Positions 27,311 to 38,128 of a DNA stretch of 64,000 nt are shown piece after piece. Below the pieces are notes generated by a model, which saw only the letters and a program-made list of their open reading frames with translations, did no database searches and had not been told where the DNA came from. Numbering within the stretch: the stretch's first letter is position 1; the number at the start of each line of letters is the position of its first letter. Location of the stretch: NCBI GenBank assembly GCA_963768055.1, contig CAVYGN010000002.1, positions 320,001 through 384,000 of the forward strand, read 5' to 3'. Source of the stretch: an uncultured Spirochaetota bacterium (GTDB taxonomy: Bacteria > Spirochaetota > Brevinematia > Brevinematales > JAOACQ01). The translations under genes and the position numbers were made by a program.

Positions 27311-28600
27311 TTATTCCAGGTCGAAGGCTGCGACGGAATAGGGAGGCAGGCTTAAGGAAATCTTTTTCCCGGTTATAGCAATAGACTTAGGATCCATGTC
27401 TTTGCCGTTGGAATCTTTAGACAATAGGTATCCCTTGACTGATTTGACTCCGCCTGAAATCCCTTCGGGGGATATCTCGAGCTGTTTAACCGCGGACGGA
27501 TTATCGTTGATCAGTATCAAATGTTTGCCGCCGTCGGCGTCGATGCCCGCGAAGGCCTTAACCTCGGGATCGGCTGATGCAGCGTAAGCCATGCGGCTGC
27601 CGAAATGGCTCGCGTAAAACGGGAATACATAATAAACGGGCCTGGGAACGTACGAATCGGCCTCGAAAATGGCATGTGCGCCGTAAGCCCCGAGGCAGTA
27701 ATAGAGGGAATAATCTATCCCGTATAAAGCCATATACCCCAGGACCTCCGCGGTCCAGACGGCCCCGGACATCTCGGTAAGCTGGGCGGGATTCTGGGTG
27801 TTCCAGTGTATGGCGTATTCCGAAAGGGCCAGCTTGATGTCCCTTTTATAGCCCTTGGGGTTCATTTCAGGGTCTTTCAGCCATGCCCTGTACCTTGTTA
27901 TCTGATTGGTAATATCGTAAGTGGTGGATACGGCTATGTCGTCGGAGGCGCTTCCGTCGGTCGGATACCAGTGCCATGACAGGACATCGACAATGTCGCC
28001 GTTTTCTTTTATAAAACTCGTGATCCAGTCGTCTTTCGGCTTGCTGACAAGCGGGCCCGCGAACTTAAGGGAGGGGTCGGCTTTTTTCATAGCGGTTACA
28101 TATTCGCGGTATATTTTATTATATTTATCGGGGGTCCAGGGCGTCGAGGTTTTATCATAAAGATCGGGCTCGTTGCCTATGCTCCATACGTCCACCCTTA
28201 CCTTGTTCGATAAAGCCGTATAGACCGTCTGGACGGCTTTCTCGGCCGAACTGTTATACACTCTGATCTGCGAGAATGTAAACGGCGCTTGAAGCATGCT
28301 CTGCTGAAGATGGAAAAAGCTGTAACTCGCGCTGTCGAACGGGTTTTCATTCTGCTGGTCCCCGATATTGCCGGCCGGGTATGTTATAACGGGGATATTC
28401 ATAAGCCTTATCTTTTTTATAATCTTGGCGATCATCATAGAGTTATTTACGTTCATCCCCCGGATCGATTCGGGTTTGACGTCCGCGATAATTTTCGAAT
28501 AATCGACGCTTATAGCGGAATTACCGGCCCCGTAAGCGGCCGCACTGATCAACAGCAAAATGAGAGCTGAAACCGGAATTAAAGACTTTTTTAACATCAT
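27311..28600 (-). CDS. exported clan GH-A glycoside hydrolase (GH44/GH51/GH79-like)
   Basis: Signal peptide; WSIGNEPD acid/base; LSEY nucleophile; SLPPYS C-terminal beta-sandwich. Confidence 0.75.
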   Translation of the reverse strand: MMLKKSLIPVSALILLLISAAAYGAGNSAISVDYSKIIADVKPESIRGMNVNNSMMIAKIIKKIRLMNIPVITYPAGNIGDQQNENPFDSASYSFFHLQQSMLQAPFTFSQIRVYNSSAEKAVQTVYTALSNKVRVDVWSIGNEPDLYDKTSTPWTPDKYNKIYREYVTAMKKADPSLKFAGPLVSKPKDDWITSFIKENGDIVDVLSWHWYPTDGSASDDIAVSTTYDITNQITRYRAWLKDPEMNPKGYKRDIKLALSEYAIHWNTQNPAQLTEMSGAVWTAEVLGYMALYGIDYSLYYCLGAYGAHAIFEADSYVPRPVYYVFPFYASHFGSRMAYAASADPEVKAFAGIDADGGKHLILINDNPSAVKQLEISPEGISGGVKSVKGYLLSKDSNGKDMDPKSIAITGKKISLSLPPYSVAAFDLE

Positions 28601-28751
28601 TTGAAACCTCCTAAAATCGAACCCCTAGTTACACTGATTAAGCCCTTTAAGGGAACACGGATTTAATCTGAGAAATCTATATAAAATTATAGCGGCCGTC
28701 CCCATCCATGGATCCTTACAGGACTTAATCTGTGGTCCCGGCCTCTATTGT

Positions 28752-29756
28752 CTATAATTGTTCTTTTATCTTCGCTACTATAGCGGTTTTGAATTCTTCA
28801 AAACTCAATTTATCGGTCCTGCAGCCCGCAGCCCTCATATGGCCTCCGCCGTTAAAGGAGGAAGCGACCCTGGCTACGTCTACGCCGTGTTTGCTTCGAA
28901 GGCTTGCGTTAAATCGGCCCGGCGATTTTTCCTTTATAAGAATATAAACTGAAACGCTCTCGAGCATGCCCAGGTATTCGACTATGCCTTCGGTGTCGTC
29001 CTCTTCTCCGGGAATAAAATCGCCGTAGAAAAGGTGGGAAACCGCGATACGGGAATTCTCAAGGAGTTCAAGATTGTCGAGCGTCCCCGTTAAAAGTTTC
29101 ATATAGGCTTCCGATTTGTTCTGATAAAGCGATATATTGAAATCGGCGGGGACTACTCCATGCCTCATCAGGTCGGCGGCGATAATGTGGACTGCCGGTT
29201 GCATGCAGTCGTAATTAAAAGAGCCCGTGTCTGTCGCTATCGATACGTAAAGATCGGCGGCAATCGACGTTGTGATCGCGATGCCGTTAAGAATAAAAAA
29301 ATAATATAACAATTCCCCGACACTGCAGGCTTTTTCAAAAACAATATTCAGGTTTCCGAAGTTCGTGTTGCTTTTATGGTGATCGATATTGACTACTTTA
29401 TGCCCCGGCCTCATAATATTTCTTACATCGCCTATCCTGTCGATATCTCCCGAATCTACTGCTATGAAGAGGTCGAATTCGCCGGGATCGACCGGATTTT
29501 TATTGATATTTACGATCGACTGGGAATTTGGGAGGAACCTGAAACCCTTCGGGACGTCCTCGCTCCATGCTATTAAGTACCTTTTCCCTATCGATTTCAG
29601 GTATTCGCCGATAGCGAGCTGGCTGGCTATGTCGTCGCCGTCGGGATTTACATGGCCCGCGATGATGACCGCGCGGGACCTCTTTATGGTTTTATAAAGA
29701 GCCTTTAATTTTTTCTTTAGCAAATAACGGTCAGGGATTATCGGTTTGTACTTCAT
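28752..29756 (-). CDS. nrnA: DHH-family oligoribonuclease/pAp phosphatase
   Basis: HVNPDGD, IDHH, TDTGSF, GGGH..AAG. Confidence 0.9.
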   Translation of the reverse strand: MKYKPIIPDRYLLKKKLKALYKTIKRSRAVIIAGHVNPDGDDIASQLAIGEYLKSIGKRYLIAWSEDVPKGFRFLPNSQSIVNINKNPVDPGEFDLFIAVDSGDIDRIGDVRNIMRPGHKVVNIDHHKSNTNFGNLNIVFEKACSVGELLYYFFILNGIAITTSIAADLYVSIATDTGSFNYDCMQPAVHIIAADLMRHGVVPADFNISLYQNKSEAYMKLLTGTLDNLELLENSRIAVSHLFYGDFIPGEEDDTEGIVEYLGMLESVSVYILIKEKSPGRFNASLRSKHGVDVARVASSFNGGGHMRAAGCRTDKLSFEEFKTAIVAKIKEQL

Positions 29757-30105
29757 TATCGAGTAATTCCTTTAATTTTACGTTCATTGCCACTCCCAAT
29801 TCTATCGAATGCGTCCTTTCAAAGGTCAGATGCGGCGCATGGGGAAGCCGCATCGCTTTACTCACTACCGAAGAAATGAAACCCGCGGCGCTGTTAAGGG
29901 CCTCGAGGGTTTTAAGATTGTTAAGCTCGTTACTGGAATAGATGCTCACCAGGATTGTAGCGTTTTTCATGTCGCTCGACATGTCCGCCTCGACGACGGA
30001 TACCAGCGAAATGATCCTGGGGTCTTTGACCTCCCGCATGATGACCTCGCTGATCTCCTTCATCAGCGTTTTATTTATCCTTTGTATTCTCCTGCTCGTC
30101 GCCAT
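29731..30105 (-). CDS. rbfA: ribosome-binding factor A
   Basis: EISEVIMREVKDPRI, AAGFI, APHLTF; directly follows infB. Confidence 0.95.
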   Translation of the reverse strand: MATSRRIQRINKTLMKEISEVIMREVKDPRIISLVSVVEADMSSDMKNATILVSIYSSNELNNLKTLEALNSAAGFISSVVSKAMRLPHAPHLTFERTHSIELGVAMNVKLKELLDNEVQTDNP

Positions 30106-30107
30106 TG

Positions 30108-32444
30108 CTATTCCTTAATCTCTTCAGTGAAACATTCGATAATATCGCCCTTTTTGAAATTTTCATAATTGACAAAGGAGGCTCCGAATTCGAAACCTTC
30201 CTGGACTTCCGAAACTTCGTCCTTGAATCTTCTCAGGTCCTTTATCCTGCCCTCCCAGAATTGCGCCCCTTCGCGGAAAAGGCGGACCTTTTCGCTTTTC
30301 CTGATGAAGCCCTCTTTCACAATGCTGCCCGCGATCTTTCCGACGTCCTTGATCTTGAAAATTTCCCTGATCTCGGCGGTCCCGATGATCTTTTGAATTA
30401 TCTCCGCCTTGTGCATGCCCTTCATGACGCCTTCAATGTAATCGAGCAATTCGTATATGATCGCAAATCTCTTTATATTTATTCCTTCGGATTCGGCCTT
30501 GTCCTTGGCTATGGAATCTACACGCACACGGAAAGCGAGGATGATAACCCCGGTTTCGGCCGTATTTGCTGTTGCCGTCGCCAGCATAACGTCGCTTTCA
30601 AGGACCGTTCCGACGCCCGAATGGATGATAGTGACTTTAACATCCGGGTTTTCCATTTTATTGAGCATGTTGTTTATTGCTTCCACCGAACCCTGCACAT
30701 CGCCCTTTACTATGACTTTCAGTTCCTTTATTTCCTTCGCGGTTATCGCTTCCATCGTGTCCTGGACCTGGACCCTCTTGATGCTTGCAGTCTCTTCTAT
30801 TCTCTTCAAGTCGAGCCTTTTTGAAGACATGGATTTAGCGACTTCCTCGCTTTCGACGACATAAAATTTATCGCCGGCCGTAGGGACTTCGTCAAATCCC
30901 ATTATTTCGACGGGGTATGACGGCAGGGCGATATCCATTTTTTTGCCCATTTCATCGAACATGCCCCTCACTTTGCCCATGGTAGTCCCGACCACGAAAT
31001 TATCCCCTATCCTCACGCTGCCGTTTTTAACGATGACGGTCGCTACGGCCCCGCGTCCGATATCCATTTTCGATTCTATTATGAATCCGGCCCCTCTTTT
31101 ATCGGGATTGGCCTTGAGTTCCATCATTTCAGCCTGCAGCAGCAGCGCGTCAAGAAGGTCCTGAATCCCTATCTTTTTTAAAGCCGAAACGTTGACATAA
31201 ATGGTTTCGCCGCCCCATTCCTCCCAGAGCAGGCCATGGTCGGATAACTGCTGCTTAACCCTGTCTACGCTTGCTTCAGGAAGGTCGATCTTGTTTACGG
31301 CGACCATGACCGGAACGCCTGCGGCCTTTGCATGGTTAAGAGCTTCGATTGTCTGGGGCATAACCCCGTCAACGGCCGATACGACAAGAATGACTATATC
31401 CGTAACGTTGGCGCCCCTGGCGCGCATCGCGGTAAAGGCTTCATGGCCCGGTGTATCGATGAAGGTTATATCGCCCTTCGGCGTTTTTACGCGGTATGCG
31501 CCAATGTGCTGTGTAATACCGCCTGTTTCATGCTCGGCGATGGTGGAATTCCTGATAGCGTCGAGAAGTTTTGTTTTGCCATGATCTACATGGCCCATTA
31601 TCGTGACCACGGGAGACCTCGGCTTGAGGTCCTTGGCCTTGTCCTCTTCTTCCTTTATCTCGACTTCCTCTTTCAGGCTTTTCACGACGACCTTGCAGTT
31701 GAATTCCGAGGCGACGATCGACGCCGTATCGGAGTCTATATTATCGTTTATCGTGGCCTGCACGCCCAGGTCGAGGAGCCTTTGTATTATTTCACTGGCC
31801 TTCAGGTTCATTTTCTTGGCCAGGTCCGAAATCTTGACCGCCTCTCCTATCTCTATCGAATCCGGGATCGCGGCCTCGCCCTTTCTGGACCTCTTCCTGA
31901 TGGAATCTTCCATTTTTGAAAGGATCACCGCCTCTTCCCTGTTCTTCGTCTTTTCTTTAATTTCAGCCGCGCTCTTAGGCCTTCCGAAAAATGCGTTTCT
32001 ATGCTTCCCTTTCCCGGCCTGGTCTTTTTCGAATACCGGGGTCGTTGTAGAGCCCTGTTTGAAAGGAGGCCTGTCCCTGTACGGTCCGCCGCCGCCTATA
32101 GGGCGCGGTCCCCTGTCCCTCTGGAATTGCTGGCCCTGCCTCGGCGGTCCGAAACCTCCGCCCTCCCGGCTATCCCTGTTATGCCTCTGGTATTCGAATT
32201 TTCTCGGGGGCGCACCGGCGGGCCCGGCGGGCCTCGGGGCTTCTTTAGGCCGTAAGTCCCTGTGCTGGGGCGCAGGCGCCGCTTCAACAGCCGGACTTGC
32301 TTTTTTTGCCGTTTCCTCGGGAGCGGCTTTAACTGCAGCCGCTTTTTTGGATGATTTTACTTCCCCGGCTTTTTTTTCGGTGGCAGCGGGGGCTTTAAGC
32401 TTGATGATCTTCTTAATTATTTTCTTTTTTTGTTCTTCAGACAT
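30108..32444 (-). CDS. infB: translation initiation factor IF-2
   Basis: [38 protein letters not shown]. Confidence 0.98.
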   Translation of the reverse strand: MSEEQKKKIIKKIIKLKAPAATEKKAGEVKSSKKAAAVKAAPEETAKKASPAVEAAPAPQHRDLRPKEAPRPAGPAGAPPRKFEYQRHNRDSREGGGFGPPRQGQQFQRDRGPRPIGGGGPYRDRPPFKQGSTTTPVFEKDQAGKGKHRNAFFGRPKSAAEIKEKTKNREEAVILSKMEDSIRKRSRKGEAAIPDSIEIGEAVKISDLAKKMNLKASEIIQRLLDLGVQATINDNIDSDTASIVASEFNCKVVVKSLKEEVEIKEEEDKAKDLKPRSPVVTIMGHVDHGKTKLLDAIRNSTIAEHETGGITQHIGAYRVKTPKGDITFIDTPGHEAFTAMRARGANVTDIVILVVSAVDGVMPQTIEALNHAKAAGVPVMVAVNKIDLPEASVDRVKQQLSDHGLLWEEWGGETIYVNVSALKKIGIQDLLDALLLQAEMMELKANPDKRGAGFIIESKMDIGRGAVATVIVKNGSVRIGDNFVVGTTMGKVRGMFDEMGKKMDIALPSYPVEIMGFDEVPTAGDKFYVVESEEVAKSMSSKRLDLKRIEETASIKRVQVQDTMEAITAKEIKELKVIVKGDVQGSVEAINNMLNKMENPDVKVTIIHSGVGTVLESDVMLATATANTAETGVIILAFRVRVDSIAKDKAESEGINIKRFAIIYELLDYIEGVMKGMHKAEIIQKIIGTAEIREIFKIKDVGKIAGSIVKEGFIRKSEKVRLFREGAQFWEGRIKDLRRFKDEVSEVQEGFEFGASFVNYENFKKGDIIECFTEEIKE

Positions 32445-32596
32445 AGCTTGTCCCCCTAGTAAGCCGGAGCCTTTTTTTATTCAGGGCGCTACTAATAACC
32501 TTCGGATAGGAAGCCCCCTCCGGGGATAACCCCATAGGGCAAATATAACGAAATACACAATTCTTTGTAAGAATATAGAATATTCTTGAGTTATTA

Positions 32597-33964
32597 TTAC
32601 TGCCCTTCATTATCACCCGTCTCCTCTTCTATATCGACATTGTCCTCTATTACCTTCCAGATGACCATGGCTTCGTCAAGGCTTATCTCGCATTTCCGGG
32701 CAAGGTCCTCGATCGAATACTCTATTATTTCAGCCACATCCTCAAACCCCGCGTTTTTCAAAATTTCGACCTGGCCTGGTTCAAAAGGCAGCATTGAAAT
32801 CGGTATCTGCTCTTCCTCGATAAACTCGACTTCCTCGTTTCCTGTAATACCCAGGATCTGATCGACTTCTTTTTGTTTCTCCGCGATCTTTATCTCGTAA
32901 TCTGAAAATGGAATGAAACGGATGCGCCAGCCTGTAATTCTTTCAAGCATGCGCTGATGCACTCCTTTTTTGCCTATGAGAGGGGCTACGAACTCGTTAG
33001 GTACGACAACCGACGCCTCTTTCGTTTCGCTTTTGAGATCGATATGGTAAACCTCGGCGATCCTGTTCTTCAGGACCCTTGACGCGGTAATTACATTCTT
33101 AATAAGTATCTTGGGATCTTCATTGGCCCGGATTATCTCGATCCTTTCGGACCCGAGTTCCGCCCGTATGGGCTTGATCCTCGAACCCTGCTTGCCTATA
33201 GTAACGCTGACGGGGTCGATCGAATCAACATTCGAATAAAGGACGACTTTTGTCACTTCGCCGGCTTTCCTGGCGATCGCGCGGATGATAAAAGTGCCGT
33301 CCGAAATCTCCGGGACATTCGTCCGCAATAACTGCCGGGCAAAATCCTCGCTCGCCCTTGAAAGAATAAGCTGTGATTCTTCCCTGCTTGAAACCTCATT
33401 GACCTGGAGAAGCAGGGCTTTAAGGAAATCTCCCCTCTCGAATATCTCGTCGGGTATCGTTTCCTCTTCCGGCAAAAAAGCCTCCGCTTCTTTTGGTTCT
33501 ATGGAGACAAAATACCCGCTGTTTCTGCCCTCCATCCTCGATTTGACCTTTCCTACGACGATTTCGCCGACCTTGCCTTTGAATTCGTTGTATATTATGT
33601 CTTTCTGAATTTCACTGACTTTCTGTTTTAATATCTGTTTGACAATTTGAGCAATCTGCCGCCCGAAACCCTCGATAGGAAGGGGTATTTTTACTTTATC
33701 GCCCACATCCAGGTTTTTCTTTTTTGAATAATTTTTTGCGTTTTCCGCGCTGATCTGGGTTATTTCGTTCTCAACATTTTCAGATATTTCCTTTATCTGG
33801 TTGATGGAAAGCTTTTTATCCAATTCGATTTCAACGTTTTCATATTCCTTGCCGAACTTTCTTTTATAAATGCTTATCATAGCTTCCGTTAATATCTGCG
33901 TTGCCAGGTCCTTTGAAATTTTATTCTCTTTGGCGAACTCAGAGATGTAATCCACTATTGCCAT
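32597..33964 (-). CDS. nusA: transcription termination/antitermination factor NusA
   Basis: FGRQ.AQ..KQ, S1 domain, VPEISDG, KH domains; between rimP and infB. Confidence 0.92.
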   Translation of the reverse strand: MAIVDYISEFAKENKISKDLATQILTEAMISIYKRKFGKEYENVEIELDKKLSINQIKEISENVENEITQISAENAKNYSKKKNLDVGDKVKIPLPIEGFGRQIAQIVKQILKQKVSEIQKDIIYNEFKGKVGEIVVGKVKSRMEGRNSGYFVSIEPKEAEAFLPEEETIPDEIFERGDFLKALLLQVNEVSSREESQLILSRASEDFARQLLRTNVPEISDGTFIIRAIARKAGEVTKVVLYSNVDSIDPVSVTIGKQGSRIKPIRAELGSERIEIIRANEDPKILIKNVITASRVLKNRIAEVYHIDLKSETKEASVVVPNEFVAPLIGKKGVHQRMLERITGWRIRFIPFSDYEIKIAEKQKEVDQILGITGNEEVEFIEEEQIPISMLPFEPGQVEILKNAGFEDVAEIIEYSIEDLARKCEISLDEAMVIWKVIEDNVDIEEETGDNEGQ

Positions 33965-33978
33965 TGTGGTTCCTCCAC

Positions 33979-34440
33979 CTATAGATAATTCTTAATATTA
34001 AAATACAGCTTAACTCCCGAAATATCGTCCCATTCCAGGGCTATAGTCCCGCTGTCAGATAAAATTTTCAGGGACGTACCGGAAATCTCCGTCACACGGC
34101 CCAGGAGAACGCCGTCTTTAAAGCCGGATTGCCCGGGATTTTTAAGGGTAAAAAGCATTTCCCTGTCCTGGAATATGCCTAATTCCCTGAGCGTACTAAT
34201 TTTCCTGTCAGCTCCCGGCGATTCCACAATAAGAGCGTACTTCTCTGAAAATTGCGGAATTTCAACTTCGAGCCTTCTTAACAGGACATTGGATAACTTC
34301 GCGCAATCGTCCATCGAAACATCGGCATTCTTCCTGTGAATGACAACTTTTAGGGTCGGTCCGGAGAGTTTCGCTTCCACGAAGATAAAACCGAGCGCGG
34401 AGACCGTATCTTCAGCAAGGGTTAATATCTTATCCTTCAT
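33979..34440 (-). CDS. rimP: ribosome maturation factor RimP
   Basis: DDCAKLS, VESPGADR; operon position. Confidence 0.9.
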   Translation of the reverse strand: MKDKILTLAEDTVSALGFIFVEAKLSGPTLKVVIHRKNADVSMDDCAKLSNVLLRRLEVEIPQFSEKYALIVESPGADRKISTLRELGIFQDREMLFTLKNPGQSGFKDGVLLGRVTEISGTSLKILSDSGTIALEWDDISGVKLYFNIKNYL

Positions 34441-34614
34441 ACCGGACGCCCTAATTAAAAAAGGAGCCGGATTATCCGACTCCTTATTATCATTTTCATC
34501 CAATCACATTATAATTTTAAACAACGCCGGATATTATGTCAATTTTTATGCTTTACGTGAATGTGTCATTGAAGCCCGGTAGGGCGACGAGAAATCCTCC
34601 CCGTTGGTCCCGCA

Positions 34615-35037
34615 TCAGTTAATAATTAACGTATAAGTATTAGTTTTAACGATTTCATCCTTCCTGACTATGCTTCTATAGCTATAAGTTATAACGGCGC
34701 TCCCCTTGCCCGCGCATTTAAACCTCCATATATACTGGACGGGCGCCCCGACCAGGCCTGGTCTGCTTAAATTGAAGGAGGCTTCATCGATATATTTAAC
34801 GCTGTCGCCGCTTAACGTGTAATCCCATAAATATGGGACCGCCCCTGTTTTCAGTTCGACATAAAACGAATCGTCAACCGATAAATAGTTTGTGCCGCTT
34901 GTAATTATCGATTTATAGCCCTTGATGAAATCATTGTAATTTTTTTGCGCCTGCAAAACAAAATGGTTTCCGCTGTAGCACGAAACGCATATTAAAAAGA
35001 TGATCACCGCAAGCGCTAAAAACTTTTTTAAGGCCAT
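34615..35037 (-). CDS. chagasin-like (I42) protease inhibitor family exported protein
   Basis: TGAVPYLW, GLVGAP, WRFKC..G, Y.Y.S motifs; signal peptide with Cys. Confidence 0.7.
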   Translation of the reverse strand: MALKKFLALAVIIFLICVSCYSGNHFVLQAQKNYNDFIKGYKSIITSGTNYLSVDDSFYVELKTGAVPYLWDYTLSGDSVKYIDEASFNLSRPGLVGAPVQYIWRFKCAGKGSAVITYSYRSIVRKDEIVKTNTYTLIIN

Positions 35038-35085
35038 AATCTAACTCCTACGGCAGTATGTCATAGACATGGAAAAAAATCAAGC

Positions 35086-35159
35086 TGTCATTTCGAACGC
35101 AGCGTTTATCCTGTAAGGGTTTATCTCGCCCCGGCGGCGCTTCACGCCGCGAAATGACA
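35086..35159. repeat. REP-like palindrome TGTCATTTCG...CGAAATGACA
   Basis: Same terminal 10-mer as 58713-58807; partial copies near 2503-2514, 44116-44152 and 61906-61915. Confidence 0.65.
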
Positions 35160-35245
35160 CAGCCTGGTGGTTGGATGCAATAAACCAATTCCTACGATTA
35201 AAATAATATGCAGTTCTAATTGATCCGCATGTTATTTGAATCGCC

Positions 35246-38122
35246 CTACCCTGCCCCCAGCTCCTCGAACAGATATACCTGCTCTGCAAATACCTGTCCG
35301 CCTTTAATGCTTCCCTTCAATAGATAGATAGTATGATTTCGTATTATAGAGGAATAATGTTTATAAATCGACGGGACAAAAATAACCTGCGCCATGCCTT
35401 TTTTATCGCAGATCACTGCATCGGCCCCCTTCATGCCCCCGCTTTTGCTTTTTATCCTTAATTGAAACATATAAACGATGAAAGTGCCGTAAGTCATATC
35501 ATGGATAGAGTCGAGGTAATCGACATTGTAAGCCTTTATTTCTCCTTCGGCCATATCAAGCGGATGATTCGATAAATAAGCTTCGGTGGCCTCGAATTCA
35601 GCCATCGGGGAAAGGTTTTTTTCAACATCCCTGCAGTTTTTAATAAAATATTCAAGATCGGGAATGAATTCCTCCCTTTCGAAAAGATTCAGGGATTTAT
35701 CATTTCCTTCCCTGGAAGCGAATTTAAAGATATGCGCAGCACAGGCAAGGAGTTCATCGGTTTCAAACCCGCTATCCCTGAAAGCTCCTGCTTTGACCAG
35801 GTTAAGAAGCGCTTTTTCATGGAGGCCGAGGGGCGTCATTCTTATCGCGAAATCGAGCATGTCTTTGAAAACGCCGTTCTTTTCCCTTTCCATGACTATT
35901 TCCCCGGCTGCCTCATGGCCCAGATGTTTTATCATTTCCAATCCGGCCCGTATTTTTCCATTCTCCTTCGAGAAACGCCTTCTGCTCCTGTTGATATCTA
36001 CCGGAAGGATGGCCCCCGGAGGCTGTTCTATCATTAAATCAATAAGTATCCGGTTCAGTTTATCTGTAGAATACATATTGTTGTTCAGGCTTGCCAGATA
36101 AAAATCGACCGGGCTATGAGTTTTTAAATAAGCCAGGGAGTAAGCGGTATAAGCGTAACCAAGGGTTTGAGATTTTTTTACAGCCCAGCTGCCTGTTTCA
36201 ATTAAAATACCGAAAAGCCTTCGGGCGGGTTCTTCACCGCTTCCTTTATCGATGCAGCCCCGTATGAATTCATCCTTGACCCTGAGTATTGCCTGGTTAT
36301 CCCTTTTTACAATAGCCTTGAGAAACATGAGCGACTTATTCCAATCCATTCCCGCCGCTTCATGGGCGATAAGCAGGACCTGTTCTTCATAAAGTATCAG
36401 CCCGTAAGTATCCCAGGTTATCGGACTGGTTTCATGCGCCTGCGGAGACGCTTTTCCGTAATACTGATTATTCATGCGCCTTGTAATGTAATTAAGAGCC
36501 GTTCCGTCCGTAATCGGGCCCTTCCTATATATCGCTATTATATCGCAGAGGACCCTCATTGAATCGACTGCCGACGATCTTAAATACTCCCTGATAGCGA
36601 AATTCTCCAGGATGAAAATGCTGTTCGTCCTGCCTTCCTTTATCATTAAATATGTTTCCCTGTCGTCATAATCGATAGATTTTATCCCTGCGGACCTGAA
36701 TCCCTCTTCAATAATGGAGATCAGGGAACTTGATTTCATTTCGATCCTGAGAAAATCGCTGAAATCGGCGTCATTTCCGGTCAGCCCGGAATAACGGTCT
36801 TTAACGCCTTCCGGATAAAGCGGGGCAAGTTCTGCAATATTTTCCCCGACAAGAGCGACGCTCCCGGTTTCTGTTTCAAGCCCTCTCGCCCTTCCTTCGA
36901 ATTTGCCCGCGGCCCGTGTCCATCGAAGGATTGTTGTCATATAAGCCGAACACCGCGGACCGAATCTTGAATTTATATAAGAAAATAAAAAGCGCTGCTT
37001 TTTCCGGGCGATATCAAGTTCCATTGAACGCAAAAAATCAGTCCCTGGCGGCGCTAAAAGTTCGAAAACAAGGCCGTATTTAACAGGATCGATCTTTGTA
37101 AATCCCAGGAGGAACAGGACAAGAGAGGATGGGAACGGCCCTTTTCCGGGGCCGTATGCAATACCCTTTTTTTTCATAAAGCAGGACAGCTCATAAGCGA
37201 TTAGAAAATACGAGGAAAGGCCGCTGGAAATAATCTTCAGCTCTCCGGCAAGCCTTTCGGAATATTGGATATCACTGGAATAATTCGAAAGCCTTGATTC
37301 GCAAATTTTTTTTAGCCTTGAATGACCCTTTTTATATTCCGGCATCGGGAACCGTCTGGCTATCAGGTTATTTTCTATCCTGTCAAGTAGCATGGCGGCG
37401 TTATCCAGGTAGTCCGGATGGTTTTTGAAATGATTTTTTATGCTCACGGCGTCTTTAAGGGAATAGTCGGATTCCTTTTCAAGATCGCCTGAAGTTGTAC
37501 CAGTTATCATCATGTTAAAATCAGCCCTATCCCTGCCGATATACCTGGCCTCGCTTGAAGCGATAGGCTTAAGTGATTGTACGCCGGCGATTTCAACCAT
37601 TTCCCGGATCACACCGATTTTTTCATCTCCAATGTAATTCATTTCAAGGAAAAAATTAAGCCCGAAAGCCTCGGTATAATGACCGCAGATTTTTTTTATT
37701 GCCGCGCTATCGTTCCTGTAAGCGTAAATTTCAGAAAAGGCCAGAACTGCCAATCCCTCGCGGTGCAAAATTAAATCCTGCAAAGGTATAGGATTAAGCA
37801 TACCAGAGTAATTATCCCGGCCGGTTTCAGAGGCCAGGCCGTAAAGGTTTAAAAGACCCTTCCTGTCAAGCGCGATCAGAAGAACCGGATAATGGCCCCT
37901 TCCGCTAACGCCTTTAACGATGAGCTGGCACCCGAAAACAGGTTTCATGCCATATTCCGACGCCCTGGCTGAAAGTTCGATAAAACCGCTGACGCAATTC
38001 GTATCGGTAACAGAACAGCCGTCGAAACCGTTTTCAGCCGAATATCTCGTTATTTCTTCAATTGAAAGGAACGATGAGCGAAAAGAATATTCGCTGTGTA
38101 CATGAAAATTAACAAAACCCAT
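35246..38122 (-). CDS. DNA polymerase III alpha (DnaE)-like paralogue with degenerate polymerase active site
   Basis: PHP HVHSEYS, TYGLILYEEQV, PVDINRS, HhH, OB tail; catalytic motifs altered. Confidence 0.85.
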   Translation of the reverse strand: MGFVNFHVHSEYSFRSSFLSIEEITRYSAENGFDGCSVTDTNCVSGFIELSARASEYGMKPVFGCQLIVKGVSGRGHYPVLLIALDRKGLLNLYGLASETGRDNYSGMLNPIPLQDLILHREGLAVLAFSEIYAYRNDSAAIKKICGHYTEAFGLNFFLEMNYIGDEKIGVIREMVEIAGVQSLKPIASSEARYIGRDRADFNMMITGTTSGDLEKESDYSLKDAVSIKNHFKNHPDYLDNAAMLLDRIENNLIARRFPMPEYKKGHSRLKKICESRLSNYSSDIQYSERLAGELKIISSGLSSYFLIAYELSCFMKKKGIAYGPGKGPFPSSLVLFLLGFTKIDPVKYGLVFELLAPPGTDFLRSMELDIARKKQRFLFSYINSRFGPRCSAYMTTILRWTRAAGKFEGRARGLETETGSVALVGENIAELAPLYPEGVKDRYSGLTGNDADFSDFLRIEMKSSSLISIIEEGFRSAGIKSIDYDDRETYLMIKEGRTNSIFILENFAIREYLRSSAVDSMRVLCDIIAIYRKGPITDGTALNYITRRMNNQYYGKASPQAHETSPITWDTYGLILYEEQVLLIAHEAAGMDWNKSLMFLKAIVKRDNQAILRVKDEFIRGCIDKGSGEEPARRLFGILIETGSWAVKKSQTLGYAYTAYSLAYLKTHSPVDFYLASLNNNMYSTDKLNRILIDLMIEQPPGAILPVDINRSRRRFSKENGKIRAGLEMIKHLGHEAAGEIVMEREKNGVFKDMLDFAIRMTPLGLHEKALLNLVKAGAFRDSGFETDELLACAAHIFKFASREGNDKSLNLFEREEFIPDLEYFIKNCRDVEKNLSPMAEFEATEAYLSNHPLDMAEGEIKAYNVDYLDSIHDMTYGTFIVYMFQLRIKSKSGGMKGADAVICDKKGMAQVIFVPSIYKHYSSIIRNHTIYLLKGSIKGGQVFAEQVYLFEELGAG

Positions 38123-38128
38123 TATAAT

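Noticed and set aside
23572..28740. AATCTGTG/ACACGGATT-type short motifs at about 7210, 23572-23600 and 28630-28735 as island att sites
   Set aside because: No matching direct repeat at the island's left edge and no integrase; they look like dispersed degenerate repeats.
30105..32529. Long plus-strand ORFs (239, 308 aa and others) opposite infB, and similar shadow ORFs elsewhere
   Set aside because: Antisense shadows of well-conserved genes with no motifs of their own.
34504..34614. tRNA upstream of rimP
   Set aside because: No cloverleaf or T-loop; the sequence is a degenerate REP-like repeat.
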